A DNA stretch of 64,000 bases from Candidatus Kaiserbacteria bacterium RIFCSPHIGHO2_01_FULL_53_31 (GCA_001781095.1 MFKU01000005.1:3651-67650), one strand, 5' to 3'. Shown: positions 28,878 through 37,022, counted from the stretch's first letter. The notes: generated by a model not told the origin, from the sequence alone. Made by a program: numbers and translations.

Positions 28878-29126
28878 ATGAAGAATGACTGGATTGAAGT
28901 AGATAATACTCTACAAAAGACATTCGCGTTGAGTGATTTTAAAGAGGCGCTTGCGTTTACGAATATGGTCGGCGAAATTGCAGAGCGTCTCCAGCACCAC
29001 CCGGATATTTGCATCAAGGATTTCAACAAGGTATCCATTGCAACCTCGACACATGAGGAGGGTAACATCATAACAACAAAAGACAGAGATCTTGTCGATG
29101 CCATTGATAACCTCAATATTTCCTAG
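28878..29126 (+). CDS. pterin-4a-carbinolamine dehydratase
   Basis: F..DFKEAL.F...AE..QHHPDI...TH....IT.KD. Confidence 0.9.
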   Translation: MKNDWIEVDNTLQKTFALSDFKEALAFTNMVGEIAERLQHHPDICIKDFNKVSIATSTHEEGNIITTKDRDLVDAIDNLNIS

Positions 29127-29263
29127 CTCCGCTGGGTTGGTGATGTTCGAACCGTTTTTGTGTAGAAATAGGAAAGGCCTCACGTGCGAAGAGTGAGTCC
29201 GTGTGAGGACTAACCTATCGGCCGTGAAGTCTTGATGATTCGCACACAGATACTTGAAATGCT

Positions 29264-29683
29264 TTAGGCGTCGCCGATGTAATGAATCGAGAGACCGAGC
29301 AGATGAGAATTGGTCATGACAAGACGACCTACCGCTTCCTCTTGCGTCTTGCCGATTTCGCACGATTCTTCAGGAGCTCCTAATATGCGAGCGAGATGCA
29401 CAACGCGCTCGGGCTCAGCCTGAACTTCCTCAACAATTATTCGGTGCATGGCACAACCCCTTTCCATTGCGCACTCGACTGCCGGCGGTTGCGAAGGAAC
29501 ATCAGCAGAAATTTCTTCTTCAGTCACTGCCAGTTCGTCACAGTCGCATTTCCGCATGACGCGCCAGCAGACCTCGCCCGAGACACTGTTTTCTGCCCTG
29601 CGAAAATGGACCACACCACGGGCGCAGTAGTAATGGAAATAGTTTGCCCAACTACCGCCCGTTCTTACCAATCTTGCAATCAT
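29264..29683 (-). CDS. hypothetical protein, C-terminal HicB-like G.T.EEA motif
   Basis: AGGAGG SD before MIARL; TTGACA-16-TATCCT promoter. Confidence 0.55.
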   Translation of the reverse strand: MIARLVRTGGSWANYFHYYCARGVVHFRRAENSVSGEVCWRVMRKCDCDELAVTEEEISADVPSQPPAVECAMERGCAMHRIIVEEVQAEPERVVHLARILGAPEESCEIGKTQEEAVGRLVMTNSHLLGLSIHYIGDA

Positions 29684-29785
29684 AGTGCGCCTCCTACGCA
29701 TCAATTCGCTTACTGCCGTTTTGGTCTGAGACAGATCAACGTACCACTTGCAGGATACACTGTATCTTTATATTGTCAACTTTTG

Positions 29786-30109
29786 CTCCGGGAGCAGGAC
29801 TCGAACCTGCAACCAACGCCTTACACTGATCCTAAAGTTTCCTAAAGGCGTGGACTATATCATCACCGTGTCTCGGTGCGAGGCGCTTCCTGGCCACAAC
29901 TTTTCAGCTGTTGGCGAGTACTCCCCGAAGGGATAGTCTCTGAACCTTCCCGCCAGCAATGCTATAGCATAGCTTTGGGCGGGCTTGGCTGCTGATTGTC
30001 CTCGGCGTTACCGTTAGGGTTTCCAGCAATTCACCTCGTTATTCAATCTCGAATTCCTTCGAGATGCTGCCATCGACAGGGCGCTGCTCTACCATTGAGC
30101 TATCCCGGA
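29786..30109 (-). tRNA. tRNA-Asn(GTT), split by an intron
   Basis: Exon 1 30109-30076 TCCGGGATAGCTCAATGGTAGAGCAGCGCCCTGT plus exon 2 29823-29786 TAAGGCGTTGGTTGCAGGTTCGAGTCCTGCTCCCGGAG give a cloverleaf with loop CTGTTAA; no encoded CCA. Confidence 0.93.
29824..30075 (-). ncRNA. group I self-splicing intron (IC-like), 252 nt, no homing endonuclease ORF
   Basis: 5' exon ends in U; P1 CUGU/GCAG with U.G; P AATTGCTGGAAA, Q AATCAGCAG, R GTTCAGAGACTA, S GATATAGTCC; terminal G. Confidence 0.92.
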
Positions 30110-30192
30110 ATATTTTGAACCAAACACGCCCAAAAGGGCGTGAATGCATATTAACTCAAAATTCACGCCTCGCAATGCTACAGTACAAACAC

Positions 30193-30690
30193 ATGGGCGT
30201 GATGCTACGACTCTCGAGCTCGGCATTTGAAGATTGTGGAATCATTCCGGCGAAGTATACGTGTGATGGTAGCGCGACAATCTCGCCACCACTCACGATC
30301 TCAGGAGTGCCAGACGGGACGAAGTCATTGGTGCTCGTTATGGATGACCCGGACATTCCACAGGTAGCCAAAGATGCGCGAGGCATCGACTCATTTGACC
30401 ACTGGGTGCTCTACAATATTCCTCCCGAGACAAGAGAATTACCCGAAAGCGACAGCGGGAATGTTGGCGTCGGGGAGCTTGGCCTCAATGGGTCGGGCAG
30501 TGTTGGGTACGCGAGCCCTTGTCCGCCACCTCATCACGAGCCCAAGGAGCATTGCTACATCTTCGCGCTGTATGCGCTACGAGATACGCTCTCGTTTAAA
30601 GAAACACCGAGCAAAGAGCAAGTGCTTCAGGCGATGGAATCACTCCTTATCGCAGGGGTGACACTTATTGGACGATATTCACGGGCGTGA
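30193..30690 (+). CDS. YbhB/YbcL (PEBP/RKIP) family protein
   Basis: YTCDG..SPPL, MDDPD, FDHWVLYNIP, PCPP. Confidence 0.93.
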   Translation: MGVMLRLSSSAFEDCGIIPAKYTCDGSATISPPLTISGVPDGTKSLVLVMDDPDIPQVAKDARGIDSFDHWVLYNIPPETRELPESDSGNVGVGELGLNGSGSVGYASPCPPPHHEPKEHCYIFALYALRDTLSFKETPSKEQVLQAMESLLIAGVTLIGRYSRA

Positions 30691-30702
30691 TAGAACGAAC
30701 GT

Positions 30703-30921
30703 ATGTATATCAAAGTATTTGTCACTCCAGATTCTCGTCGCGAGCGCATTGAGGTAAAAGAGGAAATGCTGGTAATTCAGGTGAGAGAACCGGCACAAGG
30801 GAACCATGCGAACACGCGTGTGCGCGAAATAGTTGCAGCGCGGTTCAGTGTCCCCCTCTGGAAGGTGTCCATCCTGACGGGCCATCGCTCGCGAGGTAAA
30901 ATGCTGGTAGTTAACAGCTGA
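30703..30921 (+). CDS. DUF167/YggU (UPF0235) protein
   Basis: V.V.P.S.....V.EPA..N.AN.....G..SR.K. Confidence 0.85.
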   Translation: MYIKVFVTPDSRRERIEVKEEMLVIQVREPAQGNHANTRVREIVAARFSVPLWKVSILTGHRSRGKMLVVNS

Positions 30922-30934
30922 TAACTTTTCACCT

Positions 30935-31297
30935 ATGCAGATCACGATAAAAGGGACACAGTACGAGCTTACCGATGGGACGCGCGCGTTTATCGAAGAA
31001 AAGTTTTTAGCACTTGATAAGCTCGCTCAGGGTTCTCAGAGTCCCGTATCGCTTGCGTGCGAGGTTGAGCAGTCGATCGCGGTTGAACGTGCAGGAGCGA
31101 AATATCGAGCAGAAGGGAACTTAAGTGCAGATGGCAAGATGTTCCATGCCGAGGCGTGGAGCTCAAACCTAGAGGGTGCGGTCGATCGTGTCCGTGATGA
31201 TCTCATGCACGAGCTCCGACAAGCACGCGGCCGAAAACGCGGATTTATACGCCGTGGCGGGGCGGCCTTGAAGCGACTGTTTCGATTCGGCAGTTAA
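30935..31297 (+). CDS. hpf: ribosome hibernation factor (HPF/RaiA)
   Basis: ITIKG..ELT...FIEEK..L.K; AEA...L..AVD. Confidence 0.85.
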   Translation: MQITIKGTQYELTDGTRAFIEEKFLALDKLAQGSQSPVSLACEVEQSIAVERAGAKYRAEGNLSADGKMFHAEAWSSNLEGAVDRVRDDLMHELRQARGRKRGFIRRGGAALKRLFRFGS

Positions 31298-32118
31298 CGC
31301 TCTGTATCAGCATAGTCCATCTCGCGTTTGCCTTCGGGGATGATGCGCTCAATGGTGAATAGCCCATTTTTGAATGATGCCTTCACAACTTTGGTTCGTT
31401 TACCGTCTTTAAAGAAGTAGGTGCCGATCGTGTCTGCATAGGCGCGATACTTATTCCAATTTGTGACGCCATCAACATTTAGATTCAACTCGCCCTGTTC
31501 CTTCTTAATCTTAGGTGCACGAGTGGCGAGCGATGCATCTTGCTGGACGGGAGAGATTTCTCCTTTGAGGTACTGTGGCAATGTCTTGACGAGCATTTCT
31601 GCGCCAAGATCGATCAGCCGTGGGCGGAGTTCTCTAGCTGTCTCGTCGCTTCCGATCTCGACTGATTCTTGCGCGATAATATCGCCTGCGTCGAGTTCCT
31701 TTACCATCTTCTGAATAGTGACGCCCGTCTCGCGCTCACCTGCGAGGAGTGCTGACTCCATAGGCGTAGCGCCGCGATATTTTGGTAGGAGAGAATAGTG
31801 AACGTTTAAGACGCCTTTTGGGAATGCAGCGATCAAAGATTCGGGAAAGATTTTGCCATACGCAACTACCAATGCGTAGTCACATTTGAAGTCTTGTATT
31901 TCTCGTATCGTAGTCTCGTCTAATTTCTCTGGTGTCATGGCTTGGATGCCATGCTCAAGAGCGAGCACTTTAGTCGGCGAGGGAGTGAGCACGAGCCCGC
32001 GGCCTTGTGGAGCGTCGGGTGAAGTGACAACTAATGAAGGAGTGAATCCGTGAGCAAGTAAATAGGCGAGCGTCTCGCTCGCGACCTTTGGCGTGCCGAA
32101 GAATGTGAATTTATTCAT
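31294..32118 (-). CDS. fmt: methionyl-tRNA formyltransferase
   Basis: FFGTP, VVAYGKI, NVHYSLLPKYRGA, LDAGDI. Confidence 0.95.
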   Translation of the reverse strand: MNKFTFFGTPKVASETLAYLLAHGFTPSLVVTSPDAPQGRGLVLTPSPTKVLALEHGIQAMTPEKLDETTIREIQDFKCDYALVVAYGKIFPESLIAAFPKGVLNVHYSLLPKYRGATPMESALLAGERETGVTIQKMVKELDAGDIIAQESVEIGSDETARELRPRLIDLGAEMLVKTLPQYLKGEISPVQQDASLATRAPKIKKEQGELNLNVDGVTNWNKYRAYADTIGTYFFKDGKRTKVVKASFKNGLFTIERIIPEGKREMDYADTER

Positions 32119-32677
32119 CAATGTGTTCCCTGAGTTGGATGAGGTGCTCGGCATGGTCAACAAACAAAATACCATTTAAATGATCGACTTCGTGCTCAAA
32201 GATTTGCGCAAGGATTCCACCCGCGCCCCGGGTGAACTTCGTCCCGTCTTCGTGGCGCGCGCGGATCGTCACACGCTCATGTCGCTTGGTTGTGCCGTAG
32301 ACATTCTTCACCGAGAGGCAGCCCTCGTCCATCCGAGCTCTTTTACGTGATGTCTTCACGATCTCGGGATTGATGTAAACGTCGACTTCGGGCGTCGGAG
32401 CAGAGAAGGTTCGACCTTGAGAATTTACATCCAAGGTCGAACCTTGGATGTCGACGGGCAATATGCGATCTCTCCGAACAATAAATAACCGATACGAGAC
32501 GCTGACTTGTGGCGCGGCGAGTGCGACGCCCTCTAGCTGTTTATCGAGCGCCTCGGTCATGTGCGCTAGCAACTTCTTCAACTCAGCAGAGCCGAAGAGA
32601 TTCTCGGGCAGCGGTAGAGCCACCTCGCGCAAAACGGGTGTATCTTGCGGGACTATTTCTTCCGTCGCTTTCTTCAT
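32111..32677 (-). CDS. def: peptide deformylase with an in-frame palindromic insertion
   Basis: GVALAAPQ, EGCLS, HEVDHL. Confidence 0.96.
   Translation of the reverse strand: MKKATEEIVPQDTPVLREVALPLPENLFGSAELKKLLAHMTEALDKQLEGVALAAPQVSVSYRLFIVRRDRILPVDIQGSTLDVNSQGRTFSAPTPEVDVYINPEIVKTSRKRARMDEGCLSVKNVYGTTKRHERVTIRARHEDGTKFTRGAGGILAQIFEHEVDHLNGILFVDHAEHLIQLREHIDE
32406..32451. repeat. two AAGGT-NNN-ACCTT palindromes inside def
   Basis: aaggttcgacctt (32406-32418); acatccaaggt-cga-accttggatgt (32427-32451). Confidence 0.8.
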
Positions 32678-32697
32678 ACTGCGACTATAGCAAAAAT

Positions 32698-32852
32698 AAA
32701 AAAACACGCCGACCAGATGGTCGACGGGACAATGTTGAGTAAAAAACGAAAGGACAAAAAATCAGGGGGTGCGACGCGGGGAGGCTGCAGGAGGGGGGAT
32801 CAACTGCGAGCGAACCCGCGTCGCGTGCGCCGACTGACCATCGGGCGACCCT
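32698..32852 (-). ncRNA. candidate structured small RNA (about 155 nt)
   Basis: TTGCAC-16-TACATT promoter; GCGACGCGGG/CCCGCGTCGC stem with a C-rich loop; terminal hairpin plus T7; no credible ORF. Confidence 0.5.
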
Positions 32853-32889
32853 ACATTGAATGTACACTATTATTGTTTCAGTGCAAGGG

Positions 32890-33177
32890 CTACGCGTGTT
32901 TCGTCGGATCAAGCTCCCACCAGAACTTCTTACTGAAACTTTTCGCCTGGCTGCAGATACTTTTTAAATAATAGAGATCTTTTGTCGGTATCTGCTCGAG
33001 CACGGTGCCGAGGTGCGCCATCGTCATGGGCGCGAGACCGTCATGCTTACGAGAATAATTTAGGTGGCGTAAGAAAAAACGCATCAGCTCACCACGCTCG
33101 GTGAGGCGTTTCCTTCCTTTAGGCGCTTCTGCCCGTTTCTTCTGAAACTCGGGGAGAATATCGCCAATGGATTTCAT
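32890..33177 (-). CDS. conserved hypothetical protein
   Basis: TERGEL..F....N.SR...G..P......L...DLYYL.S.C....FSKKFWW; start MKSIG at 33177. Confidence 0.8.
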   Translation of the reverse strand: MKSIGDILPEFQKKRAEAPKGRKRLTERGELMRFFLRHLNYSRKHDGLAPMTMAHLGTVLEQIPTKDLYYLKSICSQAKSFSKKFWWELDPTKHA

Positions 33178-33434
33178 CCCGTTAGAGATAGGAAACGCTT
33201 TAGTCTGTTTTCCAGATACCGTTTCCCCGTCCCCGTTTTTAGATACTTCTCCCGCGCTGCTGCGTCGTTTATATTGCGACATGCTTCATAATATATTAAC
33301 TCATATGGACGGTGCTGCTTCGTCCACCCACGCGGACCTTTTTGATGCTGGCTGAAGCGTTTCCGTAAATCATTCGTAACTCCCGTGTACCAATATTCGC
33401 TTGAAAGACTTCTGATGACGTACACATAACACAT
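33174..33434 (-). CDS. GIY-YIG nuclease (UPF0213-like, 86 aa)
   Basis: YVYVI..YTG.T.DL.KR..QH..G...T...P..L.YYE......A..RE..LK. Confidence 0.92.
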   Translation of the reverse strand: MCYVYVIRSLSSEYWYTGVTNDLRKRFSQHQKGPRGWTKQHRPYELIYYEACRNINDAAAREKYLKTGTGKRYLENRLKRFLSLTG

Positions 33435-33453
33435 TTTGACATCTCTAACGGGA
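33177..33453. mobile_element. 277-bp TIR-bounded mini-element carrying the GIY-YIG gene
   Basis: 13-bp perfect TIRs tcccgttagagat (33177-33189) and atctctaacggga (33441-33453); flanking direct repeat ttca at 33173-33176 and 33454-33457. Confidence 0.75.
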
Positions 33454-33454
33454 T

Positions 33455-34759
33455 TCATGTTGATTCAATTTTCGCGCCGAGTTGCTGTAATCGATGCACG
33501 ATATCTTCGTAGCCGCGATTGATGCTGTAGACATTGCGGAGCATAGAGCGGCCTGTGGCCGCGAGCATTGCGACGAGAATGATCGTCGCAGGTCGAAGCG
33601 CCGGCGGACAGATGACCTCAGCGGCTTTCAGCTTCGTCGGGCCCTCTATCGAGATGCGGTGTGGATCATGCAGTATCGTCGTCGCGCCGAGGCGGTCGAG
33701 CTCGGTGTAATAAATAGCGCGCTTCTCATACACCCAATCATGAATCAAGGTTGTTCCTTTGGCCTTTGTTGCGATCACTGCAAAGAAGGGAAGATTATCG
33801 ATGTTCAAACCCGGGTATGGGCGTGCATGAATTTTCTCGGGGAAAGCGACCAACTCGGAAGGCTCAAGCGATATATCAACGAGTTTTGTGATTCCGTTTT
33901 CTGAAATACGATTATTAGAAATTAAAAACTGCAGTCCCATTTTCTCGAGCACGAGTAACTCAACTTCAAGAAATTCTATTGGTGCGGCAGAAATAGTTAT
34001 TTCTGAGCCAGTGACGGCCGCCGCAGCGATAAAAAACATCGCGTCAGTTGGATCCTCGGCGATGCTGTAACTAATGTCTCGATTAATTTCCTCGACGCCG
34101 TGGACGGTGAGCGTAGTCGAGCCAATGCCATCTATCTCGACACCGAGATCACGCAGAAAACCGCAGACTTCTTGGACTTGATAATTTGAGGACGCGTATT
34201 TAATGATACTTGTCCCGGGGATGTGTGCAGCTGCAAGAAGCGCATTAATTGTTGCGGTGTCGCTCGATTCGTAGAGGATAATCTCTGCCGGCTCGAGCCT
34301 GGTGTGTGAGATGTCGTAGGTGTTTGAATGCGCAGTAATCGAGACACCGAATTTCTCAAGTGCCATCAAGTGTGGACGTGCAGAACGGAGACCCAAGGTG
34401 CAACCACCCGACTGCGGCAGCTCAAATTTGTCAAAATGGTGGAGTAAGGGGCCGATGAACATCAAGATGCTGCGTGTCTTCATCGCAGCCTCGCTATTAA
34501 TAGAAGCGAGATCGATCTTGTCAGGTGTTTTGATCACAAGGGTGCAATCCTTCCACTCCACATTCACGCCAATTGACTGCAAAACCTCGATTAAGCGATT
34601 TACTTCTTCGATCTTTGGCACGTGTTCAAGGGTGGTTGTGCCGCGATTCAAAAGCGAGGCGGCGAGGAGGGCAACTGCGCCATTCTTGGAGCGGCTCGTC
34701 TCGACCTTCCCCGTGAGTTTACGGCCGCCCTCAATGACGAAATTCATTTCTCCTTGCAT
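33455..34759 (-). CDS. murA: UDP-N-acetylglucosamine 1-carboxyvinyltransferase
   Basis: SKNGAV, SGGCTLG (catalytic Cys), PYPG...D, INRGYE. Confidence 0.95.
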   Translation of the reverse strand: MQGEMNFVIEGGRKLTGKVETSRSKNGAVALLAASLLNRGTTTLEHVPKIEEVNRLIEVLQSIGVNVEWKDCTLVIKTPDKIDLASINSEAAMKTRSILMFIGPLLHHFDKFELPQSGGCTLGLRSARPHLMALEKFGVSITAHSNTYDISHTRLEPAEIILYESSDTATINALLAAAHIPGTSIIKYASSNYQVQEVCGFLRDLGVEIDGIGSTTLTVHGVEEINRDISYSIAEDPTDAMFFIAAAAVTGSEITISAAPIEFLEVELLVLEKMGLQFLISNNRISENGITKLVDISLEPSELVAFPEKIHARPYPGLNIDNLPFFAVIATKAKGTTLIHDWVYEKRAIYYTELDRLGATTILHDPHRISIEGPTKLKAAEVICPPALRPATIILVAMLAATGRSMLRNVYSINRGYEDIVHRLQQLGAKIEST

Positions 34760-34784
34760 TAAATCTAGTGTAACATTGAACGCA

Positions 34785-35810
34785 ATGTCTTTCTTCTCGC
34801 CAAAACTGGGAATAGACCTCGGAACCACCAATATTCTCGTTTTTGTCCCCGGGAAAGGAGTTGTCATCAATGAACCCTCGATCGTTGCGGTGAGTAAAAC
34901 GGGCGATAAGAAGGGTCACAATAAGATCCTCGCTATCGGGGCAGAAACTAAGCAGATGATCGGCCGTACGCCGGACGGCGTTGTCGTGTATCGCCCGATG
35001 AAGGACGGCGTTATCGCGGATTATCGAGTGACTGAAGCAATGCTTCGTTACTTTATGAAGAAAGCGCTCCGCTACAATCCCTTTAAACCGACGGTGCTGA
35101 TCTCCGTACCGGCGAGCGTCACATCGACGGAGAAGAGAGCCGTTATCGAGGCTGCGCTTAAAGCAGGTGCCAAGAATGCGTATGTGGTGAAGGAGCCGAT
35201 CCTCGCAGCCATTGGCGCGGGCATCCCGATTCATGAGCCGATGGGGCGCATGGTTGCGGATATCGGCGGCGGCACTATCGACGTGGCTGTGATCTCACTC
35301 GGCGGCATCGTCGCCTCGACAAGCGTGAAGTGTGCGGGCAATCGTCTCGACCGGGCGATAGCAGACCACATAAAGAAGCATCACAATCTCTCGATCGGTG
35401 ACAAAACCGCCGAGGATGTGAAGATTAAGATCGGTGCAGCTGTCTCGGTGAATGAAGAACTCACGATGGCAGTGAAGGGGCGCGACTTCGTCTCTGGGCT
35501 ACCGCGCACAGTTGATCTCGCGACCAATGACATCGCGCAGGCGATGGGTCGGGAACTGCGCGAGATGACACAGGCAATACGAAAGGTACTTCAAGAAACG
35601 CCGCCTGAGCTCGCCGCAGATATCATTGATAATGGCATTATCCTCACTGGCGGCACGAGCCAGCTCCGACAGATGCCGGAGCTCGTCTATCGCCGCACGG
35701 GCGTCGTGGCAAAGCTCGCCCAAGACCCCTACTTCTGTGTCGTCCGCGGTACCGGCATCGCCCTCAAGCATTTGAGTACGTATCAAAAAAGTATTTTGGC
35801 AAAGAAATAA
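34785..35810 (+). CDS. mreB: rod-shape protein MreB/Mbl (orphan paralog)
   Basis: GIDLGTTN, EPSIVA, DIGGGT, LTGG; start at 34785. Confidence 0.95.
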   Translation: MSFFSPKLGIDLGTTNILVFVPGKGVVINEPSIVAVSKTGDKKGHNKILAIGAETKQMIGRTPDGVVVYRPMKDGVIADYRVTEAMLRYFMKKALRYNPFKPTVLISVPASVTSTEKRAVIEAALKAGAKNAYVVKEPILAAIGAGIPIHEPMGRMVADIGGGTIDVAVISLGGIVASTSVKCAGNRLDRAIADHIKKHHNLSIGDKTAEDVKIKIGAAVSVNEELTMAVKGRDFVSGLPRTVDLATNDIAQAMGRELREMTQAIRKVLQETPPELAADIIDNGIILTGGTSQLRQMPELVYRRTGVVAKLAQDPYFCVVRGTGIALKHLSTYQKSILAKK

Positions 35811-35880
35811 AAACGAAAAGCCCCACCGAGGTGGAGCCTGCTGCGGCTTCGAGAGGGAAGAGCCGCAGCAGGCTTTCCTG

Positions 35881-36249
35881 TTATTGCATTGGAGTGAGCA
35901 ATGTCACTACTGTGCTCCTCGCCAGCTTCTTTCTCCTCCGACACCACTTTCGCCCAATCAGGTGTCGGAGAGTCCGATATCGCCAAGTATTCTTCATTCT
36001 CTCGACACTCAGCGGCGAGCGCCGAACGAACCTCCTGCAACGGAAACAATATTGGATTTTATTGATTCGCATGAGCCTATGAGTTTCCTTCGCCCAGTTA
36101 AGTGTGCGCCAGGACCCGCAGTGTATGCACTCATGCCGCCACAGCATCCGGTCCATGATGAAGGTTACGAGAGGAACCAGAATCACGTAGAACAGAAACT
36201 TGCCTGCTGGGCTGAGCATCATGGGATTCAAATCCTCTGGACTAAACAT
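35881..36249 (-). CDS. TM plus CxxC..CxxC hypothetical protein (ORFan cassette)
   Basis: TTGACA-16-TAGTCT promoter; AGGGGG SD; CIHC...CFRC; downstream hairpin. Confidence 0.65.
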   Translation of the reverse strand: MFSPEDLNPMMLSPAGKFLFYVILVPLVTFIMDRMLWRHECIHCGSWRTLNWAKETHRLMRINKIQYCFRCRRFVRRSPLSVERMKNTWRYRTLRHLIGRKWCRRRKKLARSTVVTLLTPMQ

Positions 36250-36394
36250 TGTTAACCCCCTTTCTTTTCTGCTAGTAGACTAACATATATAGACATCCTG
36301 TCAAATTCATTTCGCATATTCAAAATAATCACACTAAAGTAGTGAAAGGACTCCCAGCGAGACACCAGAAGTCCTTTAACGCACCCTGTGACGA

Positions 36395-36850
36395 CTAGTA
36401 CCGGATCGTCAGGCCGAGCCCGAAGACCGGCTTCGCGCCGCCTTTCTTGCCGATATCTAAATCGAGCGTGAGATTCGGCGTCACACGCCAGATGAGCGAC
36501 CCGACCGGCTTGAACATAAAGTTGTGTCGGCCATCGAGGCGCGGCCGGCCAGTGACCGACGGGTCGATGACGAACCTCACGTTCTTCACTCCCGGGAAGA
36601 GCGGTATGTCGGTTGGCAATCGAAGGCGCAGTCGCATGAATTCGTGTCTGCGTTCGCGCGCCCAGTAACCGAGATCGAGCGTCGCCTCCGACAGGAATCC
36701 GGGATGGCGGGCGAGCATTTCCTCAGCGCTCTCGAGCACGCGCTCCGTGGTAATTTTCCCCGGGTGTTCCTCATCTGCAATCGCTGCGCTCGTCACGAAC
36801 GCAGCAAGTATGACGGTAATGAAAAGATCAAACTCCCTACGTCCGCGCAT
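36395..36850 (-). CDS. secreted protein with beta-strand-rich C-terminus
   Basis: AAGGAGG SD; signal peptide ending AIA; ends VFGLGLTIRY. Confidence 0.7.
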   Translation of the reverse strand: MRGRREFDLFITVILAAFVTSAAIADEEHPGKITTERVLESAEEMLARHPGFLSEATLDLGYWARERRHEFMRLRLRLPTDIPLFPGVKNVRFVIDPSVTGRPRLDGRHNFMFKPVGSLIWRVTPNLTLDLDIGKKGGAKPVFGLGLTIRY

Positions 36851-37022
36851 GGCGGCCTCCTTTCATAGAACGATGCGATCTCGTAGTGAAGTCTTTCCAC
36901 GAGCAATTATAGGACGACTAGCCCACGTCGTCAAATACATAAAACTAATAACCTCAGTTGCAGGAGGATACAGAAAAGGCTCCCGGCGAAACGCCAGGAG
37001 CCCTCATCTGCTTTCAACCGGG

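Noticed and set aside
26402-29153. Possible CRISPR array from the repeated GATGTTCGAACC
   Set aside because: Spacing is hundreds of bp and irregular, spacers contain whole genes, and there are no cas genes; treated as att-like scars.
30064-30192. N-terminal extension of the YbhB ORF
   Set aside because: It overlaps the tRNA-Asn exon and intron; the likely start is 30193.
34320-34784. 155-aa N-terminal extension of MreB in the ORF track
   Set aside because: It is the antisense shadow of murA; MreB homology begins at the ATG at 34785.
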